DNA of 64,000 bases from Candidatus Latescibacterota bacterium (GTDB lineage: Bacteria; Latescibacterota; UBA2968; SICM01): positions 1,824,001 through 1,888,000 of the forward strand of contig CBDCJO010000002.1 in the NCBI GenBank assembly GCA_965217865.1, written 5' to 3'. The notes beneath the pieces are model-generated. The model was not told where the DNA came from. It did no database searches and saw only the letters and a program-made list of their open reading frames with translations. Positions 1 to 10,803 of the stretch are shown one piece after another. A program made the position numbers and the translations under genes. Numbering within the stretch: position 1 is the first letter of the stretch; every line of letters begins with the position of its first letter.

Positions 1-375
1 GAATTATCGTGTTCACAGCCCGCGGGGACCCTCGGAAAAATCAGGAATAGTGATGTTCTCTCACCATAAGCACCCGACCGAAGCGCTGTTCCAGAATCTT
101 TTCGATAAGAAAGTCGTGGGGGCCGTACGAGATGGAAAAATCCGGTTGTCTCCCCACTTTTATAACGGAGCATGAGATCGACACGGTCCTCGATCTGCTT
201 CCCGATTGACAAGAACCTTCCCGATAACCATCTCACCCGTTTCGGGTCCACCCTCCATCCTCCACACTCCCTGTTCCTGTTCCATGTCCCCCGGCCTCCC
301 CTGAAACCTGAAACGCGGAAAATTATAACTTGGGGTTCTCCGTGCTTCTGTCAGCGCCAACGGCGCGTTGTCCCT

Positions 376-437
376 CAGCCCAGGGCATCGCCCTGGGCTG
401 TGAAATACAATAGCGTCGTGCGGCCTGAAGGGCCGCG
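376..437. repeat. REP-like GC-rich palindromes
   Basis: Perfect hairpin CAGCCCAGGGC-ATC-GCCCTGGGCTG (376-400) followed by GCGGCC-TGAAG-GGCCGC, in intergenic DNA. Confidence 0.5.
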
Positions 438-666
438 ATAATTTCACATCCCCAATCCCTGTCCCGCATCCTGTTTCATTTGGCCGGCATCGAGTGGCCT
501 ACGATGAACGGTATGTGTGGGATTGATCCGGATTGCGGACCGTTGGCCCGCTCGATTCGCCCACATTCAAACCCAGCCCATTGGACTCCGCCAAGGAATC
601 ACGGGCCGTTGGGCCGCTGATGCGTCGCCTCACAGGACCTCGCTTTCCACTTTGGAAAATTATAAT

Positions 667-1398
667 TTGGATACAACCACGATCGTTCTGAACCTCGCCG
701 CACTCCTGATCGGCCTTTCAAAAGCAGGATTTGGGGGCGGAACGGGAATCCTCGTCGGCCCTTTGATCGCCAACATCCTCCCGGCCAAACAGGCCGTGGG
801 GCTGATGCTTCCGCTTCTCTTCGCCACAGACATCCTTTCCTTGTGTTACTTTTGGAATCGATGGGACCGGAAAAACGTCTTGACGATGATGCCGGGAGCC
901 TTTGGCGGAATCGTCCTGGCCTTACCCATTCTGTATGCCATTCCGGATCTCTACTTGAAAAAAATGATCGGGCTTCTGGCGTGTTCGTTCGCGATCTTTC
1001 AGGCTGTCAGGGGTCTTAACATAAACAAAACGCCATTCACCGGAGGCGTCTTCCAGGGACTCGCAGCCGGATTGGTGACAGGTTTTATTTCAACCCTCGC
1101 GCATATAGGAGGGCTTATCACCACCATGTACCTCATCCCTCAGCGACTGGAAAACCGGACTTTTGTGGGCACAACCACGGCAATCTATTTCTTGATCAAC
1201 GCCGCGAAAATACCGCCTTATGTCAGTCTTGGACTCATAAACCGGTCTGTTTTGGTCCAGGATCTCTATCTCCTCCCATCCATCGCCCTCGGAACGGGAT
1301 TGGGAATCATTCTCAACCGACGGATTTCCAGCCAGGCCTTTACAAAGATCGTGCTCCTGTTCGTCTGTTTAACCGGTATAAAATTACTGATCGAATAG
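667..1398 (+). CDS. TauE/SafE family (sulfite exporter-like) membrane protein
   Basis: Hydrophobic ORF with GLSKAGFGGG and GFISTLAHIGG repeat motifs; TTG start at 667 chosen because the upstream extension is not membrane-like. Confidence 0.85.
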   Translation: MDTTTIVLNLAALLIGLSKAGFGGGTGILVGPLIANILPAKQAVGLMLPLLFATDILSLCYFWNRWDRKNVLTMMPGAFGGIVLALPILYAIPDLYLKKMIGLLACSFAIFQAVRGLNINKTPFTGGVFQGLAAGLVTGFISTLAHIGGLITTMYLIPQRLENRTFVGTTTAIYFLINAAKIPPYVSLGLINRSVLVQDLYLLPSIALGTGLGIILNRRISSQAFTKIVLLFVCLTGIKLLIE

Positions 1399-1505
1399 CC
1401 TTCCCCAGACGAAGGGGGATGGAGAAGATCATCGACCTTTTTTAACGAGAAAAACCCCCGAAGTCGAAAGTCACCGGGGGTCGCTTCAGCGGAGGAAAAG
1501 CAAAT

Positions 1506-2865
1506 TCACGCCCTAACATCCAGACCGATTTTTGTCCCTCCTTCCTCCGAACCTCCCTCCTCCGATTGAGCCGGACGAACCTCACATCCTAACTTCCTCA
1601 CTTGATAGCCGGAACCCTCAAGACCCGCTTTTAAGTCGTCACTGCCCGCGTTGAACAAAGCCCGCTGCGCCTCATCGTCCACATCGATCCGGCAGTCTAC
1701 AATCCCGTTTGCGATCCGAAGATCGACCTCCACTTTCCCGAGATGAGTCAGATCAAGCCGCATGACAAGGCGGACGTTTTCGGGGTCGATCTTTCTTTCA
1801 CCGTCCTGTTCAGCATAGAACACCCGAAGATCCACTGTCGTCCCCTCTTCTCCGAACCGGACGGGCAATTGGAGATACAGGTGGGGGTCCCGGATCCCGG
1901 GCCGGCAGATTGAGCAACTGAAGATGTTCGATATGCCCGAGGGCCTGACCTACCCTTCCCTTTAACGTTTCCAAAAGTGCGGCATCTCCTGCATCCAAGC
2001 CCCCGATATGCTTTGGGTCGGAGAGTATCGCACCCAGACGGAGAAGCGCAGCTTTCATGTCCGTCTGGAAAAGGTGTTGTAAGGTTCCGGTACTTTCAGG
2101 CTTCTCGGTCATCATCCTCAGTTTCCCTTCCATCCCCAGACCTAGGTTTTGCACCATACGCCTGAGCTCCCCACCCGAAATCATTTCAGCACCCACGAAA
2201 AGGTCGACAAGCGTCTTTTCAAACGACTTCATCTCCGAGTCGACGGAAGAACCGGTACCATGATAGAGGCCTCGAATCAGGTCCAGAAGGTTTCCCAACA
2301 AAACGCCAAGCTCCTGAGGCGCCGGAGACGCCATCGCCGATGCAAGCGTTGAAGAGGTGATCGGAACAGAGCGGGAGGTCAACAGAAGCATCGCATCCAC
2401 CGTTCGGTTCACCCCTTCCGCATCCGATATGTTGATGCCCGCCTGGATCAACCCATCGCGAAGCCGCTGAACCGTTCTTCCGTCCAGGGAAAGCCCCTTT
2501 GCGATCATCCGCCCGAGAACCGCGCGTCCGGCCGGATCGTCCTCGAGACCCAAATCTTTCAATGCCCGGCTCAATGCCCCCTTTTGCTGGGTATCTCCAC
2601 CGAGCACAAACAGCACGACGGGGGGACCCAATCTCTCAACGCGGGTGGAAACGACCGCGCCTTTGCTCAGCGGCATACGGGACTCGGCCATCAATTCCTT
2701 TCCACGGATGCGAAGGATCCATCTTCCATCCGCCGCTTGATCTACGACGCGGGCCTGCAATGTCTGTCCCTCCCGCAGCGACTGGAGAAACGACGCCTTT
2801 TCTCCTTCCGACTCAAACGACAGGTTCAGAGTCCTGAATAGGGAGTTATCAAATCGAACGGGCAA
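1506..2865 (-). pseudogene. FliK-like (flagellar hook-length control C-terminal domain) protein, split by a frameshift near 1885
   Basis: ORF 1810-2865 continues in another frame as HLYLQLPV...LDLTHLGKVEVDL...LEGSGY; the shift sits in a G5 run, so it may be a sequencing indel. Confidence 0.6.
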
Positions 2866-2889
2866 ACGTTGCCTTCCTTAAAAACAGAT

Positions 2890-2987
2890 TGGCGGGAGCG
2901 TGTGGGAATCGAACCCACCCAGCGTAGGATCGCTGCGCCGCAACGGGTTTGAAGCCCGCGAGGGCCACCAGTGCCCCATGCACTCCC
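2890..2987 (-). tRNA. selC: tRNA-Sec (anticodon UCA)
   Basis: Reverse complement GGGAGTG...GGGCTTCAAACCC...long variable arm...GGTTCGATTCCC...CTCCCGCCA, 98 nt. Confidence 0.93.
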
Positions 2988-3229
2988 GCTCATTAACCCG
3001 TATCTCGTGAAGCGTATCTCGTATTTCGTCCACAAGGACACTTGAACTTGAAACTACTCTCAAGATAGCCCGACCCACCCTATTCGTCAAGGCCTGTTTC
3101 TCGGCTTTAACCCGGGCTGGCTCCACGTTGGGACCTTCGAAACCCCGAATATATACTTGACTTCAAAGGGCGTGTCATTATATTGGTTTGCTTGCTATTT
3201 TAATAATAATTTTTCAGGAGTCGGTTGCC

Positions 3230-3688
3230 GTGAAAACCCGCCAGGACATGCTCAGCGAAGCCAAGGCAGCGATCAAAGAGGTTGCTATACAGGAGGTAAA
3301 GACCGATCTCGACAAGGGATTAAAACCCGTCCTGTTAGACGTCCGGGGGTGTGACGAGTACCAGGCCGGCCACCTGACCGATTCCGTCCACATCCCGCGA
3401 GGCCTTTTGGAACTGGAGGTCGAGAAGAAACTCCCCGATAAATCTCGTCCCGTGATCGTCTATTGCGCGGGGGGGGTTCGCTCCGCTTTGGCAGCCCAAA
3501 CCCTAAAGGAGATGGGCTACAACGACGTCTCCTCCATGCTGGGCGGCTACGATGACTGGGCAGAGACGCAGTATCCTGTGGAACAACAGGCCGAGAGCCG
3601 TGAACAGTTGCAAGCCCTGGAGAAGGAGGTGTCCCTCCTCGAGAAACAGATCGAAGAGAAAAAAAGACGCCTCCAATCGCTCAAATAA
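3230..3688 (+). CDS. Rhodanese-like domain protein with C-terminal coiled coil
   Basis: LLDVR..EY..GH, active loop YCAGGVRS, LGGY..W. Confidence 0.88.
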   Translation: MKTRQDMLSEAKAAIKEVAIQEVKTDLDKGLKPVLLDVRGCDEYQAGHLTDSVHIPRGLLELEVEKKLPDKSRPVIVYCAGGVRSALAAQTLKEMGYNDVSSMLGGYDDWAETQYPVEQQAESREQLQALEKEVSLLEKQIEEKKRRLQSLK

Positions 3689-3875
3689 AGAGTGGATTGT
3701 CCCTCGAAACCTTACCCCCGGAGACCGGAGTGCGGAAGTTTGGAAGAAAAATTTCCTCCCCTCACATCCCACACTTCCACCCCGCACCTTCTATTTTAAA
3801 TTCCTTCCATCCATCACCGGATCTCCCATTCGACGAATTTCTGCTTAGCATCACAGATTTAACCGTAGTAGCATA

Positions 3876-3908
3876 GGGTCTGGCGAGACGACACCAGACC
3901 CATTTTTT
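3876..3908 (+). terminator. Intrinsic terminator-like hairpin upstream of the permease relic
   Basis: GGGTCTGG-N10-CCAGACCC followed by ATTTTTT. Confidence 0.5.
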
Positions 3909-3937
3909 ATAGATCGCTCCGGAATATCGAGTAAGGA

Positions 3938-4123
3938 GTGCTCCAAATGTTGTTGAGACGGCCCCGAAATGTCAACTCCGTCAGGGCGGCCAGCATCCTC
4001 TACGGAGACTGGGGCACCAGCAAAGCGGCCAGAAATCGCATGGTCCGCCTGCTCCGGGGGGACATGGTGGTCCGGATTGCAGAAGACCTGCCCGAGGAGA
4101 TCAAACTGCTCATTTATGGGTAA
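3938..4123 (+). pseudogene. Internally deleted amino acid permease (APC-like) remnant
   Basis: N-terminus RPRNV...AASILYGDWGTSKA resembles the first helix of an APC permease subfamily and is joined directly to a C-terminus-like LRGD...LPEEIKLLIYG; family recalled from memory. Confidence 0.5.
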
Positions 4124-4210
4124 CGCCTACCCCCCTTTTCTTTTGACAACCCCAATCGGTTTAGCTAAATTCACTTACATCACACTACCATAACGATCAG
4201 CTTTTGGAAC

Positions 4211-5470
4211 ATGAACGCTCCATCCATTGCGAAACGGGTCCTTCCCAATGGCCTGACGCTCCTCACTAAGACCTCGCAAGCCAACGGCATCACTGCAATC
4301 ACAGCGGTAACCGGGATCGGCAGCATCTACGAAACCGATGCCCAAGCCGGCCTTTCCAACCTGACGCAGACCCTTGTCCTCAAGGGAACATCCTCCCGCA
4401 CCGCAGAACAGATTGCCGTGGAGATGGCGTCCACGGGGGCCCGGATTTCCACCGCTGCGTCGCAGGACTACGGTATCACATCTTACATCTCCACGTCCGA
4501 GGGTCTGGAGAACAGCCTCCCGGTCCTGTTCGATATCCTCAGGTGTCCCTCCTTTCCACAAGAGGAGGTGGTTCACGAGATCTCTCAGACCCTCCAGAAA
4601 ATAAAAGCGAAAGAGGACAACCATCTTCAGAAATCGATGGAACTGCTTGCGGAGACATATTACGGTCGACATCCCTATCATAAATCTCTACTCGGTTATC
4701 CCGAGACCGTCTCAAACCTTACCCGCGAATCAGTTTCCGAATTCTATAAGTCTTATTACAGGTCGAACAACACCGTTATTTCCGCGGTAGGCAACTTCGA
4801 CCGGACTTGGCTTGTAGACGCAATCGCTGAGAATCTTGGGTCCGTCGGCTTCGGCCCAATACCTGACGGAAACGGGACGGAGTTAGAACCGATCATCGAG
4901 CCACGTCTAAAGGTTGAGGGGAGAGAAAGCCAGGTAACGTGGTTGGCTATGGGATTTGGGGCACCATCCGTGACCCACTCCGATTATCCTGCTATGAAAG
5001 TGCTTGACGCCGTCATCGGGGGGTCTATGGACTGCCGCCTTTTCCAGGAACTCCGGGACAAACAAGGATTGGCCTATCAAGTAGGTTCTGCCTATATCGC
5101 CCGCACTGGACCAAGCATTTTTGTGGCTTACATCGGTACAGGTCCGGATAAGTTTGATTCTGCCAGAGACGGGATCCTCTGCCAAATGCAGCGCCTCTGC
5201 GAGGAACCCGTGACCCGTGAGGAACTGAACAATTCAAAGACCTATCTCAAAGGCACCTTCATCATGGGCCAGGAGCGGAACAGCAACCAGGCCGCACTCC
5301 TTGCCCGTTTCGAGTCGGTGGGACTTGGACACGAATTTGTCGATCGCTATTCCGAACTCATCGACAGTGTCACATCCGATGACATCCTTCGGGTGGCCCA
5401 GACCTACTTAGGACAATCTTACGCCCTCGGTGCGGTTGTGCCTAAAAGCGCCGAGGGAACGTCTCGTTGA
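4211..5470 (+). CDS. M16 (pitrilysin) family peptidase, probably the non-catalytic subunit
   Basis: LPNGL, GSIYE..AGLSNL, RLFQELRDKQGLAY; HxxEH is replaced by NLTQT. Confidence 0.88.
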   Translation: MNAPSIAKRVLPNGLTLLTKTSQANGITAITAVTGIGSIYETDAQAGLSNLTQTLVLKGTSSRTAEQIAVEMASTGARISTAASQDYGITSYISTSEGLENSLPVLFDILRCPSFPQEEVVHEISQTLQKIKAKEDNHLQKSMELLAETYYGRHPYHKSLLGYPETVSNLTRESVSEFYKSYYRSNNTVISAVGNFDRTWLVDAIAENLGSVGFGPIPDGNGTELEPIIEPRLKVEGRESQVTWLAMGFGAPSVTHSDYPAMKVLDAVIGGSMDCRLFQELRDKQGLAYQVGSAYIARTGPSIFVAYIGTGPDKFDSARDGILCQMQRLCEEPVTREELNNSKTYLKGTFIMGQERNSNQAALLARFESVGLGHEFVDRYSELIDSVTSDDILRVAQTYLGQSYALGAVVPKSAEGTSR

Positions 5471-5517
5471 AAGACCCTTCGCCACACTCCGACGCTCACG
5501 ACTTTAAGGGGTAAGGA

Positions 5518-6597
5518 ATGGGAAATACATTTGGCCATCTCTTTCGGATCACCACCTGGGGGGAATCTCACGGGCGGGGGATCGGCGTCGTTGTGGATGG
5601 TTGCCCCCCGGGTCTCCCCGTGACAGCGGAAGAGATACAGATGGAATTGGACCGGAGACGGCCAGGCCAGAGCCGAATCACGACCCAGCGGAAGGAGGAG
5701 GACCGTGTGGAGATCTTCTCCGGGCTGTTCGAAGGGAGAACTTTGGGTACGCCGATCCAGATGCTCGTCCGCAATACGGATCCTCGCTCTAAAGACTATG
5801 AAGAAATTAGATTGAAGTACAGGCCTTCGCACGCGGACTATACTTACCAGGCCAAGTTCGGCATCCGGGACTGGAAGGGCGGAGGACGGGCGAGCGCCCG
5901 GGCTACCGTCGGTCAAGTGGCGGCCGGAGTGCTCGCGAAAAAAATCCTGAAGAGCCAATCCGGGACAGAGATCATCGCTTATGTCAAAAGGGTAAAGGAT
6001 CTCGAAGCCCAGGTGGATATGTCATCTGTCACTCGGGAACAGGTGGAGGAAAGCATCGTGCGGTGTCCCGACCCGGATATGGCCAACCGTATGATCGAAT
6101 TGATCGAAGAGACAAGAAAGGATGGCGATTCCCTCGGGGGCGTCGTCGAGTGCGTTTCCCGGAATGTCCCCACGGGATTAGGCGACCCGGTGTTCGACAA
6201 ATTGGAGGCAGACCTTGCCAAGGCTCTTATGTCCCTGCCGGCTTCCAAGGGATTCGAGATCGGATCCGGGTTCGGGGGAACCCTACTGACCGGATCTCAG
6301 CACAACGATCTCTTCTACAATGCCGGGGATCGGATCCGCACCCGGACCAATCGATCAGGGGGTGTTCAAGGAGGCATATCCAACGGGGAGGACATCCATT
6401 TAAAGGTGGCGTTCAAACCGACCGCTACCATCTTGAAGCCACAGAAAACCGTGGACATCGAAGGCAAAGAGACGATTCTCGAAGGCCGGGGCCGCCACGA
6501 CCCCTGTGTCCTTCCTCGCGCCGTTCCGTTGGTGGAGGCGATGGTGGCTCTGGTGCTGGCCGATCACTATTTACGTCACAAGGCCCAATGTGTGTGA
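5518..6597 (+). CDS. aroC: Chorismate synthase
   Basis: [28 protein letters not shown] signatures. Confidence 0.98.
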   Translation: MGNTFGHLFRITTWGESHGRGIGVVVDGCPPGLPVTAEEIQMELDRRRPGQSRITTQRKEEDRVEIFSGLFEGRTLGTPIQMLVRNTDPRSKDYEEIRLKYRPSHADYTYQAKFGIRDWKGGGRASARATVGQVAAGVLAKKILKSQSGTEIIAYVKRVKDLEAQVDMSSVTREQVEESIVRCPDPDMANRMIELIEETRKDGDSLGGVVECVSRNVPTGLGDPVFDKLEADLAKALMSLPASKGFEIGSGFGGTLLTGSQHNDLFYNAGDRIRTRTNRSGGVQGGISNGEDIHLKVAFKPTATILKPQKTVDIEGKETILEGRGRHDPCVLPRAVPLVEAMVALVLADHYLRHKAQCV

Positions 6598-6662
6598 AGT
6601 TACGAGTCCGGGGGTGGAGGAACCAGGTTCTCGGAACCGGGAACACCGACATGGGTCCGAAA

Positions 6663-6691
6663 TTGACATTTTTCAGATATCATCTTATATT
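6663..6691 (+). promoter_or_regulatory. Sigma-70 promoter of ssrA
   Basis: TTGACA-17 nt-TATATT ending 10 nt before the mature tmRNA 5' end. Confidence 0.75.
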
Positions 6692-6701
6692 TTAACATTG
6701 T

Positions 6702-7061
6702 GGGGGCGCTTTGGGTTCGACGGGGGAGGAATGGTAGTGGCTGCGCGCCGAGGTCCCAGTGCCTCGTTAAACAATTGGGAAAAAACTTAAATGCAGACGA
6801 CTTTTCGTATGCAATGGCGGCCTAACAAATAGGCTTCCCGTCCTGCCCGATCTCGTCCGTAGGGTCGGAGCGGGGCGTCATCTCTTGCGGACTGGTCAAT
6901 GATCTCTTGCCCCGGGATCGCTGATGAGAGTTTTTGGGCTGGCCCTTCATCAACCCTGTCCGTCGGGGTGACGGGGGGCGAGAATAAATGACGGACTATG
7001 CGTGTAGACGTCTCTGTTGGACTTTCTCCGGACGCGGGTTCGATTCCCGCCGCCTCCACCA
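6702..7061 (+). ncRNA. ssrA: tmRNA; tag peptide (A)ADDFSYAMAA at 6793-6825
   Basis: 5' GGGGGCG...TTCGAC, 3' GACGCGGGTTCGATTCCCGCCGCCTCCACCA, internal tag ORF ending AA-stop. Confidence 0.96.
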
Positions 7062-7427
7062 TTCTTCAAGACACAACTCGTCTCTCCATGTAGGTCCTCC
7101 GGAGGGGCGTTCGTCCCATAACCTATTATTTTCAAAGGGTTATGGCGTTCTCCACATCATTCCCGCTTCATTTCCCACCGGTCGAATTCGTCCTGTTTTC
7201 CGGCCTCTCATTCTCTGTTCGGCCCGTATTCTCCGTTCCTGCCGGACCTCGTCCGAAAGTCGTCCGATTGGGTTAATCCATTCAGTATCAACGGGTTGAT
7301 CCGAAAGGGCCGTTTTCGGGGGTTGTGGCAACACGCCCTGTGCCCGGTCTTGAGCACCCGGGAGTTCGAACGGCTCGTCCGATGGCCGATTTCCCCCCTC
7401 TGGTCTGAATCCCGATTCCCGTACCTC

Positions 7428-7458
7428 CCGACAGTCGTGGCCCGCCTCCGGTAGGTAA
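7428..7458 (+). promoter_or_regulatory. Motif A: CCGAC-N15-CCGGTAGGTAA (candidate element-specific promoter)
   Basis: Same motif and spacing at 15206, 21119, 21823 and 58085. Confidence 0.7.
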
Positions 7459-7630
7459 CCGGCGACAGAGCCGGGGACGGCGCCCGGCCGCAGCGTCAGA
7501 AACCAGACAACGGACCGGCAGCGAGAGCTGAGGCGGTTGTGGGTGCCGGCGAACCCGCTCCCACGCCGTCCGGCGAGTTCCCACGGCATCCACCATCGTC
7601 CCACCCGGTCGCGAGCTGCCGGAGGTCACG

Positions 7631-7834
7631 ATGTGGAACGCCGATTTCGAGTTGGGAACCATCCGTCCCGACCTGCCTGAAGCAGGGGTCCGCCCCGAGC
7701 CCGAACCGCTTGCCCCGAAAGCGAATCTGGAAGCCATCGCCTCGATTCTGGCCGTTGGTGTGCTCCGCCGGAGAGCCCGAAAGGGCGGCTTTCCGCGCGA
7801 TATCCGGAGAAAGGCGAAGAATCTCCAAATATAA
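7631..7834 (+). CDS. Small hypothetical protein upstream of the DUF2924-like gene
   Basis: GGAGG RBS; conserved in copy 2 (58287-58484); LEAIASILAVGVLR helix. Confidence 0.55.
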   Translation: MWNADFELGTIRPDLPEAGVRPEPEPLAPKANLEAIASILAVGVLRRRARKGGFPRDIRRKAKNLQI

Positions 7835-7846
7835 GTGGGAGAAGGA

Positions 7847-7878
7847 CTTGACTTCTGACGCCAACAGAGCGTTCGTGT
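7847..7878 (+). promoter_or_regulatory. Motif B: CTTGACTTC-N11-GAGCGTTCGTGT
   Basis: Same spacing at 25577 (+), 25060-25091 (-) and 58503. Confidence 0.6.
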
Positions 7879-7902
7879 CTGACAAACGCGTCCGGTACGT
7901 CA

Positions 7903-8433
7903 ATGAGGGGGTTGCCCGTGAATCAGTTCGGAAAGGGATCGCAAGAGAGCCGCAAGGGTTCCCGCGCCCGCCATTCCGTCCTGCGGCAGCTGGCCACGCT
8001 CGAGACGATGTCGCTGGAACAACTGCACGAGAAGTGGCGCGATCTCTATGGCGGCGAGCCACCCCGCTACAGGAGACGGTTCCTCATCAAGCGCCTGGCA
8101 TATCGCATCCAGGAACTGTTCTACGGCGGCCTGTCGGAGGCCGCCAAGGCGCATTTGCGGCAAGTCGCCCAGGGCGACCCGGTGGCCCGGGTGGACCACC
8201 GGATCTCCGGCAATCCCCAGAACAAGGCGGACATCCTGCCGGGCACCCGGTTCGTCAGGATATGGAAGGACCGACGTTATGAGGTCCTCGCCCACCCGAA
8301 CGGCTTCGAGTACGACGGCCGGATCTTCCGGTCCTTGAGCGCCGTGTCTCGGGAGATTACCGGCACCCGGTGGAACGGCAGGCTCTTCTTCGGGCTGAAG
8401 AAGGGCGACGACGCAGGTGGCCGGCATGCCTGA
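7903..8433 (+). CDS. DUF2924-like protein
   Basis: LAYRIQE..YGGLS, PGTRFVR.W, SLSAVSREITGTRWNG..FFGL; overlaps the recombinase start. Confidence 0.85.
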   Translation: MRGLPVNQFGKGSQESRKGSRARHSVLRQLATLETMSLEQLHEKWRDLYGGEPPRYRRRFLIKRLAYRIQELFYGGLSEAAKAHLRQVAQGDPVARVDHRISGNPQNKADILPGTRFVRIWKDRRYEVLAHPNGFEYDGRIFRSLSAVSREITGTRWNGRLFFGLKKGDDAGGRHA

Positions 8434-10012
8434 TACGGGCACGAACAACCCCACGGAGAAGAAGCTCATCAACTGCGCCATCTACACCCGCAAGAGTCAC
8501 GAGGAAGGCCTGGAACAGGAATTCAACTCGCTGGATGCCCAGCGGGAGGCGGCCGAGGCCTACGTCGAAAGCCAGCGCATGCAGAGCTGGCGCGCTCTGC
8601 CGGACCGCTACGACGACGGCGGCTTCTCCGGCGGCGACATGGAGCGCCCTGGATTGCAGCGTCTGCTGGCCGACGTGGATGCGGGGAAGGTGGACGTGAT
8701 CGTGGTGTACAAGATCGACCGCCTTTCGCGGTCGCTGCTGGACTTCATGAAGATGATCGAGCGATTCAACCAGCAGGGCGTGAGCTTCGTCTCGGTCACC
8801 CAGCACTTCAACACCACCGACCCGGCCGGGCGCATGTTCCTGGGCATTCTGATCACCTTCGCCCAATACGAGCGGGAGGTCACCGCCGAGCGCATCCGGG
8901 ACAAGGTGGCGGCGGCCAAGCGGCGGGGCAAGTACTGCGGGGGCCCGGCCATCCTCGGATACGACGTGGACCGGGAGCGAAAGAAGCTGCTCGTCAATCC
9001 GGAGGAAGCGCCGCTGGTCAAGCACATCTTCCGGCGATTCACCCATCTGGGCTCGGCCAAAGCGCTGGCCGCGGAGATCAACGGGCAGGGATACCGGACC
9101 AAGTCCTGGACCACGAAGAAGGGAAAACACCGGCTGGGGAGCCCCTGGAATACCGGCCACATCTACCGCCTGCTGGGCAACCGCACCTACATGGGCGAGG
9201 TGGTCCACAAAGGGAAAGGCTATCCCGGAGAGCATGAGGCCATCGTTTCCAAGGGACTGTGGCAGCGGGTTCAGGCGGGTCTCTCGGAGAACACCCGGGC
9301 CAGGCAGACGAAGGCCCGAACGAAGATCATCTCTCCGCTCCAGGGGGTGGTTCGCTGCGGCCATTGCGACGGTGCGATGGGCTTGACCTACACGCAAAAA
9401 GGACCGCGGCGCTACACCTACTATCACTGCGCGAAGGACGCCAAGCGAGCGGTCAGCCGCTGCCGGCTCAAGCGTGTCCCGGCCGGGGACATTGAAAAGG
9501 CGGTGCTGGAGCAACTGAGCGCGGTGTTTCGAACCCCGACGCTGGTGTCCCGGACCTACTTTGCCGCCAAGGGGATGGAAGAAGCCGGGCGGGAGCGGCT
9601 GCTGAAGCGGAAAGAGCGACTGGAAGCCGATCTCCTGAAGGTCCGCGAGCGGGCGCTCGAGGAGGTAACGCCCGACGGCGACGGGTCGGACCCCGGACCG
9701 ACGTTGGTCGAACTCAATCAGGAGGCGGTGACCCTGAGCCGCAAGCTGACGGATGTCTCGGCTCAAGCCCGGGCGTTCGAGGCAGACCCGGTCTCAGAAC
9801 AGGAGGTCGCGGAAGCCTTCCAGAGCGTGGAGACCTTTTGGGAGGATCTGTTTCCCCTGGAACGCAACCGGCTGATCCGGCTGCTGGTCGAGAAAGTGGA
9901 AATCCGGGAAACCGGCATCGACATGGAATTGAAGACCCAGGGCATGACCAGTCTCATCATCGAGCTGAGCGGCCTGGCGACCGAGGCCAGGGAACGGAGC
10001 AACGGCCGATGA
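8426..10012 (+). CDS. Large serine recombinase (integrase)
   Basis: YTRKS catalytic Ser, DDGGFSGG..ERPGL, DRLSRS, recombinase domain, CGHC...YYHC..C zinc ribbon, coiled coil. Confidence 0.95.
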   Translation: MPDTGTNNPTEKKLINCAIYTRKSHEEGLEQEFNSLDAQREAAEAYVESQRMQSWRALPDRYDDGGFSGGDMERPGLQRLLADVDAGKVDVIVVYKIDRLSRSLLDFMKMIERFNQQGVSFVSVTQHFNTTDPAGRMFLGILITFAQYEREVTAERIRDKVAAAKRRGKYCGGPAILGYDVDRERKKLLVNPEEAPLVKHIFRRFTHLGSAKALAAEINGQGYRTKSWTTKKGKHRLGSPWNTGHIYRLLGNRTYMGEVVHKGKGYPGEHEAIVSKGLWQRVQAGLSENTRARQTKARTKIISPLQGVVRCGHCDGAMGLTYTQKGPRRYTYYHCAKDAKRAVSRCRLKRVPAGDIEKAVLEQLSAVFRTPTLVSRTYFAAKGMEEAGRERLLKRKERLEADLLKVRERALEEVTPDGDGSDPGPTLVELNQEAVTLSRKLTDVSAQARAFEADPVSEQEVAEAFQSVETFWEDLFPLERNRLIRLLVEKVEIRETGIDMELKTQGMTSLIIELSGLATEARERSNGR

Positions 10013-10431
10013 CTCCACAGCCGACCCTCACGCTGACCGGGACCGGCAATCTGCAGATCCATATTCCGATGCACATCCGGCGGATGCGGGGCCGGAAGAT
10101 GATTTTCGCCCCCCAGGCGCTGGATGGCGACGTTCCGGATGGCCCATCGGAGATACAGGCGGCCGTGGTTCAGGCCCTGGGCCGGGCTTTCTCCTGGTCG
10201 GACGCGATTGAGAGCGGGGAGTTTCGCTCCATTTCGGATCTGGCGAGGAACCTGGACGTGGACAACTCCTACGTGGTGCGCATCCTGAAGCTGACCACGC
10301 TGGCCCCGGACATCATCGAAGCGATCCTCAACGGCGAGGAACCGTCCGGCCTGTCGCTGGCCCAACTGATCCGCACCTTCCCCATGGACTGGGAGCGGCA
10401 GAGAGCCCTGTTCGGGCTCACCCCGGGCTAA
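10009..10431 (+). CDS. Recombinase-associated HTH-like protein
   Basis: ATGA overlap with recombinase stop; SISDLAR..VD.SYV.RIL.L..LAPDIIEAILNG; conserved in copy 2. Confidence 0.75.
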   Translation: MTPQPTLTLTGTGNLQIHIPMHIRRMRGRKMIFAPQALDGDVPDGPSEIQAAVVQALGRAFSWSDAIESGEFRSISDLARNLDVDNSYVVRILKLTTLAPDIIEAILNGEEPSGLSLAQLIRTFPMDWERQRALFGLTPG

Positions 10432-10651
10432 GCCCAACACCCCCGTCGCGGGCGGTCCGAGGCCGCGATCCCATCTGTGAGCAGGACGTCCGTCACACCG
10501 CCGGCACCCCGCACAGGACCCGCCAGCGCACGATGTCGGCCCAACTCGTCACCCGTCAGCTGAAGTAGCAGCAGCACCCCCTCCAGCCCGGGTCCGGACA
10601 TCTCAAAGCAGGGTCGGCCCTACCTTTTTTCTCGACCTCTTAATTTTTCTG

Positions 10652-10683
10652 TTGACCTCCTATATGCAGGAGGGGTATATATT
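10652..10683 (+). promoter_or_regulatory. Putative promoter of the lexA-like operon with an overlapping palindromic operator
   Basis: TTGACC...TATATA/TATATT in an AT-rich patch; CCTCCT-ATATGC-AGGAGG (10656-10673) lies in the spacer. Confidence 0.5.
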
Positions 10684-10803
10684 GTGCCTTTGAAACAGGA
10701 CCTGGGTGAGCCGCGTTGGCCCGATAGGCAGACCCGGACGCCAGTCCTGGTCTCCGGTACATGAGCATACCAACCGCGATCTCCCTTGAGAGAGGATTTG
10801 CCA

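Noticed and set aside
2890-2987. selC as the island insertion site
   Set aside because: No duplicated selC 3' end or adjacent integrase; flanks look like host genes
3864-3890. yybP-ykoY riboswitch (GTAGC...GGCGAGAC resemblance)
   Set aside because: Too short to hold the four-way junction; cannot be supported without a covariance search
6787-7299. ORFs overlapping the tmRNA, and ORFs over tRNA-Sec at 2826-3126
   Set aside because: Explained by the RNA genes
7879-7903. CTGAC...CCGGTACGTCAA as a motif A variant
   Set aside because: Spacer is 8 nt instead of 15 and the downstream box has mismatches
8357-9766. Long antisense or alternate-frame ORFs (also 17057-19081, 17775-19070, 23457-24794, 36053-37438, 59013-60674)
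   Set aside because: Shadow frames of GC-rich real genes with no recognisable motifs
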